A stretch of 64,000 nt of DNA. Source: a virus. A program made the position numbers and the translations under genes. The first letter of the stretch is position 1. The number at the start of each line of letters is the position of its first letter. The stretch is taken from positions 1 through 64,000 of IMG/VR virus record IMGVR_UViG_3300037475_000032; one strand, given 5' to 3'. Of the stretch, positions 18,620 to 26,598 are shown in pieces. Under the pieces are notes generated by a model. The model ran no database searches and was not told the origin of the DNA. It saw only the letters and a program-made list of their open reading frames with translations.

Positions 18620-18797
18620 CTTGGTCCACTCCTGACCCGCCGCAAGTCTCGCAGCATTGGTACATCGAGAATAGCTGATTGCCTGTGCCGTTGCACGTTT
18701 CGCACGCCTTGAGCCCTTCGGAGAACACACGACAAGCGACGCGCATGTCTTCGATGTTCGCTAGCTCCGGGATAGGAAGATCGTCTCGATGAATCAT
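18579..18797 (-). CDS. Small protein with two CxxCxGxG motifs
   Basis: CETCNGTG and CETCGGSG. Confidence 0.6.
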   Translation of the reverse strand: MIHRDDLPIPELANIEDMRVACRVFSEGLKACETCNGTGNQLFSMYQCCETCGGSGVDQDGHSHYVAQVKAA

Positions 18798-19117
18798 GGC
18801 ATCGTGTACTTGAAGGCGTCCTCGATACCGGCATCCTCAGAGCGCTTGTGAGCCGCTAGCCATTGCTCAGCATCCTTGCAGGCATCCTCAGATACTTGCC
18901 ATCCAAGAGAACGTCCCTCGTGAATGATGTGCTTGGTCTTGAGATCGGTGATGTAGTAGCGCCACTGGACAAGCTCTTGGCGATTCAGATGATTCACCGT
19001 GTATTCGGGATACACGACGATCTCGTAGCGGTCCTGCTTGGGCTTCCAGTGTCTACTCATCCCAGGCACCCCAAGCTCGCCAGTCGTCTTTCTGGAGATG
19101 GTCGTCAAGCCAGTCAA
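18794..19117 (-). CDS. Hypothetical protein (probable start 19060)
   Basis: ATGA coupling downstream. Confidence 0.55.
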   Translation of the reverse strand: MTGLTTISRKTTGELGVPGMSRHWKPKQDRYEIVVYPEYTVNHLNRQELVQWRYYITDLKTKHIIHEGRSLGWQVSEDACKDAEQWLAAHKRSEDAGIEDAFKYTMP

Positions 19118-19532
19118 AGAGAGGACGGTTCATCTTATGCACCGCATAGACATCGTGATCGGTGCGACCGGAGGTGTGGAACCACCTCTCCTCCGCAGTC
19201 TCACCACGCTCACGGTCGAAGCCGGGCTCAGGCTCGTCACAGACGTTGCAGACGCTAAAGCCCTCGACCACCTCGATGCCCTCCGGTACGGTGTCGGTCA
19301 ACTCGACCGGACGGACAGTTCCGAAGCTCTTGGAGAGGTCGAAGTGGATCTCCTTGAAGAGGAAGCGTTCGCCGAACTTCGTGCGGATGCCAATGAAGCC
19401 CTCCTCGCCGTCCCAGACCCCGAGATCGAGGTTACGGGAGTAGAGGCGATACAGGCCACGGTCCTGGAGGTCCGGGACCCGGATGTACGGCTCGTAGTTC
19501 ATGTAGGTGTAGCGTGGCGGAGATGCACCCAT
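19053..19532 (-). CDS. Conserved phage hypothetical protein
   Basis: YRLYSRNLDLGVWDG..GFIGIRTKFG.RFLFKE; extended -10 TGcTACGCT 7 nt before ATG. Confidence 0.7.
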   Translation of the reverse strand: MGASPPRYTYMNYEPYIRVPDLQDRGLYRLYSRNLDLGVWDGEEGFIGIRTKFGERFLFKEIHFDLSKSFGTVRPVELTDTVPEGIEVVEGFSVCNVCDEPEPGFDRERGETAEERWFHTSGRTDHDVYAVHKMNRPLFDWLDDHLQKDDWRAWGAWDE

Positions 19533-19565
19533 GCCGGGGAGCGTAGCACATCTCCGCCAGCACCG

Positions 19566-19985
19566 CTACTTGTAGCCCAAACAGGGCGGGATGGTGTTCG
19601 GCCAGGCCCCAGGATCACGGGCCGAGTAGCTGTTGAACACCTGTGATTGCTCATCGGGGGTTGCTTCGTTGGCGTTGTAAGCGAATCTCTCGCCTCCAGC
19701 CGCCCTCCACGTCTCGTGAAGGAAGCTATACGCCCCGTAGTATTCGTTTACAGCGTGCCAGTTGACATCGCTGAAACGAAGCGAGCCCGGTTCCCCGTTC
19801 TCGCGGTTCGCAACGCACAGATCGAACGTTGTGATATGTCCATTCGTGGTCTGCTTTCTCTTGTGGTGTCTGTGCTTATGGACATGATGTACTGCGGGTC
19901 CTACGTGATGATGCGTGTGATGAGTCTTTACGGCTGTTGTATTCGCTCCAAAGAACAGAGCGATTATGGTTATGCTCGTTGCCAA
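19566..19985 (-). CDS. Secreted Rpf-like lytic transglycosylase
   Basis: CVANRE.G...NW...YYGAYSF...TW...GG...ATPDEQ...GAWP...C pattern; hydrophobic N-terminus; His/Lys-rich linker; start uncertain. Confidence 0.8.
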   Translation of the reverse strand: MATSITIIALFFGANTTAVKTHHTHHHVGPAVHHVHKHRHHKRKQTTNGHITTFDLCVANRENGEPGSLRFSDVNWHAVNEYYGAYSFLHETWRAAGGERFAYNANEATPDEQSQVFNSYSARDPGAWPNTIPPCLGYK

Positions 19986-20029
19986 CAGGCTAATCGTTCT
20001 CAGCCTCCTTCGGTTGCTTACAGAAACGC

Positions 20030-20054
20030 GAAGGGACCGATAAACGGTCCCTTC
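20030..20054. terminator. Perfect hairpin (terminator or 5' leader stem)
   Basis: GAAGGGACCG-ATAAA-CGGTCCCTTC. Confidence 0.65.
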
Positions 20055-20095
20055 TCATACCCTATCGTGGGTAAGCGTCGTAGACTAGCAGCCTA

Positions 20096-20869
20096 CTAAA
20101 CGATCTTCAAGTCTGCTTGTAGTTGCGCCCAATCGTAGCCGCCCCAGTTCTTCTGGGTCTTGGCGTTTAGGCTCTCCTCTGTGATGTAGGCGTAAGCCTC
20201 ATCGCAGTACTCGGAGAAGAACGCATCGGTCATGACCCAGCGCTTAGCCCAGGTCACGAAGGCGAGATTGCCAGTTGCCGGACATCCAACGACTGGGATG
20301 TAGTGGCCGCCGTCGATCTGAGCACCCTTGACGACGCTCCACACCTTGCCTTCGTTGAACTGGTCCATGGCGGACTCCGGGAACTGAATCCCGATTCCAA
20401 CGGCGTCGAAGATGTAAGCGGCCTCTAGGATGTGCTGGAAGTTGCCGGGCTCGATGGACACGAAAGCGGCGATCTTGTGACGATTGCCATTTGCGTCCAC
20501 GATGCCGGTCTTGACGCGATATTCAAGGGCTTCCTGTACGTCCGTACCCTTGTCGGTCGCTTCCGTGTAGTTGAAGCCGGTAACGGCTGCGTAGTCCGAT
20601 AGCGCGTTGGCTTCGGTTACCTTGACGACTTCCTGTCCGGTCACACCACCGTTGGCGAGATTCGCTAGAAGCTCGGTCTCGTGACCCGCTCCAGCGAAAA
20701 CGCAGTCTCCCCACTTGTCGTTACCCAACATTCCCCATTCGGAGAAGGAGTTCCCGTGCCCGAAGATGGACGGGACGGTTACGGGTGAGGTGCTGAGACG
20801 ATAGTCACAGAATCGCTTCGTGGACTTGAGATAGCGAGCAGGCTTCTTTCCGGTCTTAAGTTCAGGCAT
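20096..20869 (-). CDS. Papain-like cysteine peptidase, possible endolysin
   Basis: MLGNDKWGDCVFA (Cys), GGHYIPVVG (His), VTWA; SD AAGGAG before ATG 20869. Confidence 0.7.
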   Translation of the reverse strand: MPELKTGKKPARYLKSTKRFCDYRLSTSPVTVPSIFGHGNSFSEWGMLGNDKWGDCVFAGAGHETELLANLANGGVTGQEVVKVTEANALSDYAAVTGFNYTEATDKGTDVQEALEYRVKTGIVDANGNRHKIAAFVSIEPGNFQHILEAAYIFDAVGIGIQFPESAMDQFNEGKVWSVVKGAQIDGGHYIPVVGCPATGNLAFVTWAKRWVMTDAFFSEYCDEAYAYITEESLNAKTQKNWGGYDWAQLQADLKIV

Positions 20870-21027
20870 TACGGTCTCCTTACCCCTGCAAGCAAGGGCG
20901 TCTCTAGTAGGACGAGGACAACCGCCACGATGCCGAGAACCAAGGCTAGCGTTGATGAAACGGTCGTCAAGGCCGACAGGATCACAAGCGCAGCAAGTAC
21001 GATTACAGCTAGTTGAGTCAAGGACAT
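20869..21027 (-). CDS. 52-aa two-TM membrane protein, holin-like (not in ORF track)
   Basis: SD GGAGGT; MSLTQLAVIVLAALVILSALTTVSSTLALVLGIVAVVLVLLETPLLAGVRRP*; TAATG coupling to the peptidase. Confidence 0.7.
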   Translation of the reverse strand: MSLTQLAVIVLAALVILSALTTVSSTLALVLGIVAVVLVLLETPLLAGVRRP

Positions 21028-21169
21028 AGATACCTCCATCGATTGTCACTTCTTACCCGACAGAGGATCGCTCCCTTGAAGGGCATGGTTTGGGCCTTCC
21101 CCGGTGAGGTAAGAAGCGAGTAGCAGTACCGAAGTAGTCCAGTACGAACATATAGACACAGGAGAAATC

Positions 21170-22102
21170 ATGCCAACAGGCACACGTAAGTCGGGCACGA
21201 CTGCCCGTAAAACCGCGAAGCGCTCTACGGCTAAGAAGCCCGCGACTCGCAAAGCAGCACCGAAGGCCAAGGCCCAGCCAGTAGCGCTTGATCTGCTCGA
21301 TGAGGGGCAGCGTAACGCGAAGATCCAGGCATACACGGCCCTCAAGGGCGCAGGAGCCGATGTTCCGGCTGAGCTAGCTACTGAGGTCGAGGAGTGGATT
21401 CTCGCCCAGCAGGCACGTCAAGCCGCCGCTGAGGAGACTCAGGCCCAGGAGCAGAAGCGCATCGACAAGGAAAACGCTGATGGCCCGTGGTGGGTCCGCA
21501 ACGCTTATCCGGCTCCGTTCTCCATCCGCCTTGAGCGCCAGGAGAAGAAGAAGCGAATCGAACTAAAGGCCCGTGGTCACAGAGGGGACTTGTTCCCGCT
21601 CCAGGACGGCGATCTGGACGACCCGAACCTACAGAGCAATCTCAACACCGGATTCATCGAAATCGTTCCGAATGGTGAGGCGAAGAACATCCTCTCCAAG
21701 CAGACGCAGAACCTCCAGAGGGCTCACGTCCCCATTGCGATCTTGCGCAACGAGAAGGGTGAACCGTACAACCCAGGCAGCCTCAAGCTGGAGGCTGAGT
21801 TCAACAGCCAGGGTGTTGTCGTCGCTTACGAGGACCCGAGCATCGGTAAGCAGCACGAGAACATCAAGTGGGGAGGCGGAGGTCAGAAGACCGGACTCGT
21901 CAGGGCACAGCCCGGACAGCCAGCCCCGCAGGCTCAGGTGCCTCAGCAGGTTGCGCAGTTCGTTCCCACAGGTGGCAATCCTGCCATCATCTCCAGTGGG
22001 TTCAGCAACGATGCACAGGCTCGCATCTCCGATGATCTTGCCCGTCGTCGTGGCACCGTCCCTCAACTCGCTGTGAGCATTGATCCTGTACAAAGGACAT
22101 AA
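21170..22102 (+). CDS. Virion-associated protein with histone-H1-like basic N-terminus
   Basis: KTAKRSTAKKPATRKAAPKAKA; WVRN...IRL...RIELKARG.RGD core; SD AGGAG. Confidence 0.65.
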   Translation: MPTGTRKSGTTARKTAKRSTAKKPATRKAAPKAKAQPVALDLLDEGQRNAKIQAYTALKGAGADVPAELATEVEEWILAQQARQAAAEETQAQEQKRIDKENADGPWWVRNAYPAPFSIRLERQEKKKRIELKARGHRGDLFPLQDGDLDDPNLQSNLNTGFIEIVPNGEAKNILSKQTQNLQRAHVPIAILRNEKGEPYNPGSLKLEAEFNSQGVVVAYEDPSIGKQHENIKWGGGGQKTGLVRAQPGQPAPQAQVPQQVAQFVPTGGNPAIISSGFSNDAQARISDDLARRRGTVPQLAVSIDPVQRT

Positions 22103-22105
22103 CCA

Positions 22106-22468
22106 ATGTCCCCAGTCAAGAGCAAGGACAGACATGCGTCAGTGCGAATGGGGGGGCAGGCACGACCTAGCCATGTAGCTCGAATCAAGGTCTGGTTCGA
22201 TGAGACATTCCATTCTGAGGAGGATCGCAGGCCAGGTGTGATTTACGACCGTGGCATGGATGACCCAGATGGGATCTTCAATAAGACCGCTGACGCGCCA
22301 GATGCAGTGGCGATTCTCCGCAAGACAACAATCGTCGGAGTGCCCTTTGACTTGGAGAGTGTCGAAGGGTTGAGAATCACGGGGTACGCGGACGTACCGG
22401 CAGTACTAGCAAACGGTCGAATTAGGCCGCGTGTGTCATTCGATTATCCGGTCGAGGCATCGTGCTAG
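22106..22468 (+). CDS. Hypothetical protein
   Basis: Follows the previous gene by 3 nt. Confidence 0.55.
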   Translation: MSPVKSKDRHASVRMGGQARPSHVARIKVWFDETFHSEEDRRPGVIYDRGMDDPDGIFNKTADAPDAVAILRKTTIVGVPFDLESVEGLRITGYADVPAVLANGRIRPRVSFDYPVEASC

Positions 22469-22794
22469 CGATTCTCTTGTTCTGGCCCAGGTTGCGAGCG
22501 TACTACGTCAGTAGTCCTCGCTTCTTGGGTTTCAGGACCCTCAGCAAGATCATGAAGGCACAGGTCTCAGGAAATCGTTGGGACAGGAATATCCTTGAGC
22601 CAATGGTCTTCTACAAGCCGAAGCGACGCTGGTTCAGGAAGGTGAAATCACGTTCTCTCCCGCAACCTTCGCATGTCGGATGTCATGCTCACCGTTCCTC
22701 TCATCCTGTCGAAAGAGAGGTTCCGAGAGCGAGATTCAACGCTGCTCCAAGAGCAAAGATCCTGGAGCAGCTTGAGGATGCCTTGTTTATCTAG
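22462..22794 (+). CDS. Basic hypothetical protein
   Basis: Overlapping start; tiles region. Confidence 0.4.
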   Translation: MLAILLFWPRLRAYYVSSPRFLGFRTLSKIMKAQVSGNRWDRNILEPMVFYKPKRRWFRKVKSRSLPQPSHVGCHAHRSSHPVEREVPRARFNAAPRAKILEQLEDALFI

Positions 22795-22854
22795 GCGATT
22801 CCGTCGAGTAAAAGGTGAATCGATTCACTAACACCTAGCTAGGGAGACAAACAC

Positions 22855-23457
22855 ATGGCAGTAGATTGGGAGCAGTTCCAGAAGGACGCAGAGGCAGCAG
22901 CAGAGAGGGCAAAGGCTGAGGTAGCGGCTAAGATCCAGGAGATCGAGGACGTGTACAAGGCCAAGTTCGCAGAGGCGCAGAGCGCCGCCCTATCGGAGCG
23001 ACCGGATGACGTTGGTCCGGGCGAGACGAAGGAGCAGCTACAGGCTCGCATCGCACAGGTGCCGGGTAGCTTCTCTGACAACGCCGAGAGCGCCGTACAG
23101 GTTGTTACCGCTCCGCAGGTTCAGGCAGCAGTCGCAGCGCAGCAGGGAGTCGCCGCACCAGTGGCAGCCCCGCCCGCCGCAACGCCGCCAGGAGCTTCGG
23201 AGGCTCAGTCAACCGTAATCACACCAGCCCCCGTGTCGGATCAGCCGGAGCCACAGCCCGATCAGCCGACACCGGAGCCCACGGTGGAGCCCGAGCAGAC
23301 CCCTGAGCCAGAGGCACAGGCACCTGTCGAGGAGCCTGCCGCAGAGCCGGTTGTCGAGCCAGTCGCAGAGGTAGCCCCGGAGGTAACTCCTGAGGCACCT
23401 GCCGAGGCAGAGGCTCCAGCGGAGACACCTGCACCGGAGGCAACGCCAGCAGCCTAA
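22855..23457 (+). CDS. Acidic Pro/Glu/Ala-repeat protein
   Basis: SD GGGAG; helical N-terminus and EP/AP low-complexity tail. Confidence 0.7.
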   Translation: MAVDWEQFQKDAEAAAERAKAEVAAKIQEIEDVYKAKFAEAQSAALSERPDDVGPGETKEQLQARIAQVPGSFSDNAESAVQVVTAPQVQAAVAAQQGVAAPVAAPPAATPPGASEAQSTVITPAPVSDQPEPQPDQPTPEPTVEPEQTPEPEAQAPVEEPAAEPVVEPVAEVAPEVTPEAPAEAEAPAETPAPEATPAA

Positions 23458-23873
23458 ACTACGGCTACAGGCGGAGCACTTGGGAGGGCACCTACGGGTG
23501 CCCTTTCTTGTAGTACTTCCGGGTTCGCTCCCTCACCAGGCGTATAGCTACGGTTTGGGATGATCCAGGACTCGGCCCCGTTGGGTCCTGACTTGACGGC
23601 AGTCGCAGCTTGATGATTGGCGATGTCACCTACATGAGCCGCTAGCTGCTTCACATACGAGTCGGTTTCAGGTGTATCGTCAGCGATGGTGACGACATGA
23701 TGCACTGGCCCGTTTAAACCCTGATGCGGACCCTCTACCCATCCTTCGTGAAAGAGATTGGGGTGAGTGGATCTCAGCCAGCGATGCGATGCTTGCGGCA
23801 GGCGCTCATGTAGGGGTTGTCCCAACTCGTCCGTCGTGGGGATGGGAATACGGTAGAGAGCCTTCTGTGCCAT
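23454..23873 (-). CDS. Hypothetical protein with late-type upstream motif
   Basis: CCTAATAGGTG directly before ATG. Confidence 0.65.
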   Translation of the reverse strand: MAQKALYRIPIPTTDELGQPLHERLPQASHRWLRSTHPNLFHEGWVEGPHQGLNGPVHHVVTIADDTPETDSYVKQLAAHVGDIANHQAATAVKSGPNGAESWIIPNRSYTPGEGANPEVLQERAPVGALPSAPPVAVV

Positions 23874-23889
23874 CACCTATTAGGCGACG

Positions 23890-24288
23890 CTACGTGGAGC
23901 TATGGAGCAACTTCCACTCGTAGTCCTCTGGCAGGTAGCGAGCGTCATCCTCCAACTCACGGCGTTCGCGGCCCACGTCGATGACTTCTGCGACCATGCC
24001 ACAGTCTTTGCAGACGTTGACGGCTCCGAGATGTGCTTGACCGGCGTTCCCGAGGCTTTTGTGTGAGCACTTGTCGGGGTAGCACTTGAAGGAGTGGAAA
24101 CGAGGGATCAACTCAGGATTCTTGACGATCTGACCATCCCACGGACCACGGTCGAAGCTCTCTTTCATGCCGGGATCACAGGTCGAGCACAGGGCACGGC
24201 CGTCGTGCCCGTACTGACCACGCAGCCAGTAGTGTGACGTAGCCGTGTTCTCGACATGCCCGCACTCCTCACACAGAAACAGACTCAT
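23890..24288 (-). CDS. Zn-binding hypothetical protein
   Basis: MSLFLCEECGHVENTA...ALCSTC...CSH...CKDC; SD AGGAGG. Confidence 0.7.
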   Translation of the reverse strand: MSLFLCEECGHVENTATSHYWLRGQYGHDGRALCSTCDPGMKESFDRGPWDGQIVKNPELIPRFHSFKCYPDKCSHKSLGNAGQAHLGAVNVCKDCGMVAEVIDVGRERRELEDDARYLPEDYEWKLLHSST

Positions 24289-24296
24289 ATCCCCTC

Positions 24297-24572
24297 CTAG
24301 ATCGCGTCGTGGAACGCTTCGATGTTGTGCTTCGCGCCAGTGTACTTCAACGTGTAGCGACTGCCGATGAGGAAGTAGACGACTCGGACCTGACCCTGGA
24401 GGTGCAGTAGCTTCGCAGCCTTGCGCACATCGCGCTTCCAGTTGCCCTTGCCGATTCCCCACTCCGTACGCTCAACCGTGCCTTCTCCCGAGCCGCCATA
24501 GAATGTACGCATGGTCTTGGTTTGCTCGGAGCGAATCGCGTACACACGCACGCCCAATCTTGGTCGTCTCAT
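24297..24572 (-). CDS. Basic hypothetical protein
   Basis: ATGA coupling. Confidence 0.55.
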   Translation of the reverse strand: MRRPRLGVRVYAIRSEQTKTMRTFYGGSGEGTVERTEWGIGKGNWKRDVRKAAKLLHLQGQVRVVYFLIGSRYTLKYTGAKHNIEAFHDAI

Positions 24573-24823
24573 GATCCTGCACGCGCCTTTCCGAATAGAC
24601 CGTCGAGCACGTCTCCCATGGAGTCGAAATCGAAGTTGCCGAAGTCGAATGGCTTCCTCTTGCCGCCAAGATCACCAGGCTTCGGTGAGCCTGCTTTGGG
24701 GCGATGCTCGTACACCTCGCGTGTGAGGGCCTTGTTCGGGTGCGTGGGGCACGCTCCCGCTCTGGCCGCGATGGTGACGCAGCCCGGCACCGGACATACG
24801 TGGATTGCGAGCTTAGCTACCAT
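24569..24823 (-). CDS. Small Zn-binding protein with G/F-rich tail
   Basis: CPVPGC...CPTH; FDFGNFDFDSMGDVLDGLFG. Confidence 0.6.
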   Translation of the reverse strand: MVAKLAIHVCPVPGCVTIAARAGACPTHPNKALTREVYEHRPKAGSPKPGDLGGKRKPFDFGNFDFDSMGDVLDGLFGKARAGS

Positions 24824-25133
24824 CTGACTCCCTCTCGATCTCGGATAGGAACGTGCAGCCTACGGCCTTCGCTATCACGTCCTCAGGACAACGACTCTCC
24901 ATGGCCTCGATAAGCTCTCCGATGCTCGCAGGAGGTTCACGAAGAAGCTCTACGAGGCGGTCGTACCGCCTGCAATAGTAGTCGGCCCTTCGCTGCATGA
25001 AGTCGAAGCCTGATTTGGCGGTCTCAAGCTCGCTCTCCCTGACGACAGCTACGCCGTCATCGACCGCCTGACCCTCCTTCTCCAGGAAGGCAGCATGGTC
25101 AAGCATCCCTTGACTGACGATCCAGTGCATCAT
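24813..25133 (-). CDS. Hypothetical protein
   Basis: Start trimmed to the ATGA overlap at 25133. Confidence 0.55.
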   Translation of the reverse strand: MMHWIVSQGMLDHAAFLEKEGQAVDDGVAVVRESELETAKSGFDFMQRRADYYCRRYDRLVELLREPPASIGELIEAMESRCPEDVIAKAVGCTFLSEIERESDGS

Positions 25134-25456
25134 CCCACCAACGTCACGAGCAGGAAGGTGGACCCGAGGGCGAAGCCGACAGCGATTGGTACACGGTGAT
25201 ACCAGTGTTTGCAGAATGTCGAGGCGTAGAAGCCTCCTGCGTCGGCGATACCGTCGAAGAATAGGTGCTGCGAAAAGAGCTTCATTCCGGGGAAGCCATG
25301 AATGTGGTGAAGGTCGAAGAGAGGACTCGCAAGTCCAATCAATGCGATCACCAGCAGAATGAGGGGGAAGACGGCCCGCTTGGGGATAGTCAATCCCTTG
25401 ATCTGCCATGACCCGGAAAGCAGCGAGGGTGAAGCTGTTGATGAAATGGCCTTCAT
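25130..25456 (-). CDS. Membrane protein
   Basis: Two to three hydrophobic segments; ATGA coupling. Confidence 0.6.
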   Translation of the reverse strand: MKAISSTASPSLLSGSWQIKGLTIPKRAVFPLILLVIALIGLASPLFDLHHIHGFPGMKLFSQHLFFDGIADAGGFYASTFCKHWYHRVPIAVGFALGSTFLLVTLVG

Positions 25457-25713
25457 CGCTCTATCAGTCTCCCAAACTCGTCTAGGTAGAATTCCACGTC
25501 GCCCTGCTTCTGCGTGCCGATCAGAACCTCAGTCAACTCTCCCTGACGGAGGATGAGCGTCACTGGACCAACATCTCTGTCGGGTCCGTACCGAACGTCG
25601 ATCTCGCGGATCTGCTCGGCCAGGTCTTGGATCAGCGAGCAAGAGAAGGAGGCGCGAATCTCAACCTCCGGGCTTCCGTCCTGACCCGTCTCGATGTCTA
25701 CGCTGATGTCCAT
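25453..25713 (-). CDS. Acidic hypothetical protein
   Basis: Extended -10 TGgTATCCT upstream. Confidence 0.6.
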   Translation of the reverse strand: MDISVDIETGQDGSPEVEIRASFSCSLIQDLAEQIREIDVRYGPDRDVGPVTLILRQGELTEVLIGTQKQGDVEFYLDEFGRLIER

Positions 25714-25719
25714 GGGTCG

Positions 25720-26562
25720 CTAGGATACCAGACCGAGGGTGAAGGGGTCAAGGGCCAGGGCGAAAGGAGCGGCACCTGTCGCGTCGGGTGCGCCGATCTT
25801 CTTGATGCGCTGCTTCCGCACCTTGCGGTGGTGCTTCTTGGCCTTGTGCTTCCGCACCTTCGAGACGTGGGCGGTAGCTTCGACCGGGGCAGCCAGTTCC
25901 TTGCACTCCTGCGGCATCCCCTGTTCGTACATCGTGAAGGGGTTCATGACCGAGTTCGGGTTCGTCGTGTGCGGGTGCCCGAGCGAGTGGCCGTACTCGT
26001 GGATGAAGACGGCGCAGGTGTCTTCGGTCTGCGCACCAGGCGACAGCGTTTCCTCCCAGTAGGACGGGATGATCCGCATGGAGCAACCAGGCACCTCAGC
26101 CTCACCGGCTGCGTTCGTGCCGGTCCCGTCCGGGTTGTTCGGCTGGTCCGTGATGTTGTTCACGTAGACGTGGTAGCCACCAGGACAGACGGGTTCGTAG
26201 CCCCAGTACTCCTGAGCCAGTTCGGTCAGCTTCCGAGCGGCGCTCGTCTGTGCCTTTTCGACATCGCCCGGCTGGGTCTGCGTGGTCGGCGTGACCTGGA
26301 CGACTACGACAGTCGTGGTAGTAGTCGTGGTGGTCGAGGGGCCTTCCGCAGGCGGTGTGCTCTGCGGAGGCGAAGGCTGTGCGGTTTCAGGAGCCGAAGC
26401 AGCAGGCGGTTCAGCCGGAGGAGTCGAGGGACCTTCCCTAGAGCCTTCGGCTTTGACGATGGGCGACGGAGAGTGGCCCAGGATGACGAGGGCGTTGGCA
26501 GTCGCGGGGACGGCCAGAGAGACGAGAAGCGCTACGAGGAATATGCGGATTGTGTTGAACAT
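25720..26562 (-). CDS. Secreted matrixin-like zinc metalloprotease
   Basis: Signal peptide ending ANA; P/T linker; HEYGHSLGHPH plus Met-turn SVMNP; K/H-rich tail. Confidence 0.85.
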   Translation of the reverse strand: MFNTIRIFLVALLVSLAVPATANALVILGHSPSPIVKAEGSREGPSTPPAEPPAASAPETAQPSPPQSTPPAEGPSTTTTTTTTVVVVQVTPTTQTQPGDVEKAQTSAARKLTELAQEYWGYEPVCPGGYHVYVNNITDQPNNPDGTGTNAAGEAEVPGCSMRIIPSYWEETLSPGAQTEDTCAVFIHEYGHSLGHPHTTNPNSVMNPFTMYEQGMPQECKELAAPVEATAHVSKVRKHKAKKHHRKVRKQRIKKIGAPDATGAAPFALALDPFTLGLVS

Positions 26563-26598
26563 AGGTGTATCATATCATGCCACCTATGTCTGAGTCAA
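26563..26598 (-). promoter_or_regulatory. sigma70-type promoter, leaderless mRNA
   Basis: TTGACT(26598-26593)-18bp-TATGAT(26574-26569) with TGn extension, then 6 nt to ATG. Confidence 0.75.

Noticed and set aside
19990-20095. c-di-AMP (ydaO) riboswitch upstream of the Rpf-like gene
   Set aside because: The region is short and I cannot see the conserved ydaO elements; only one simple hairpin is evident.
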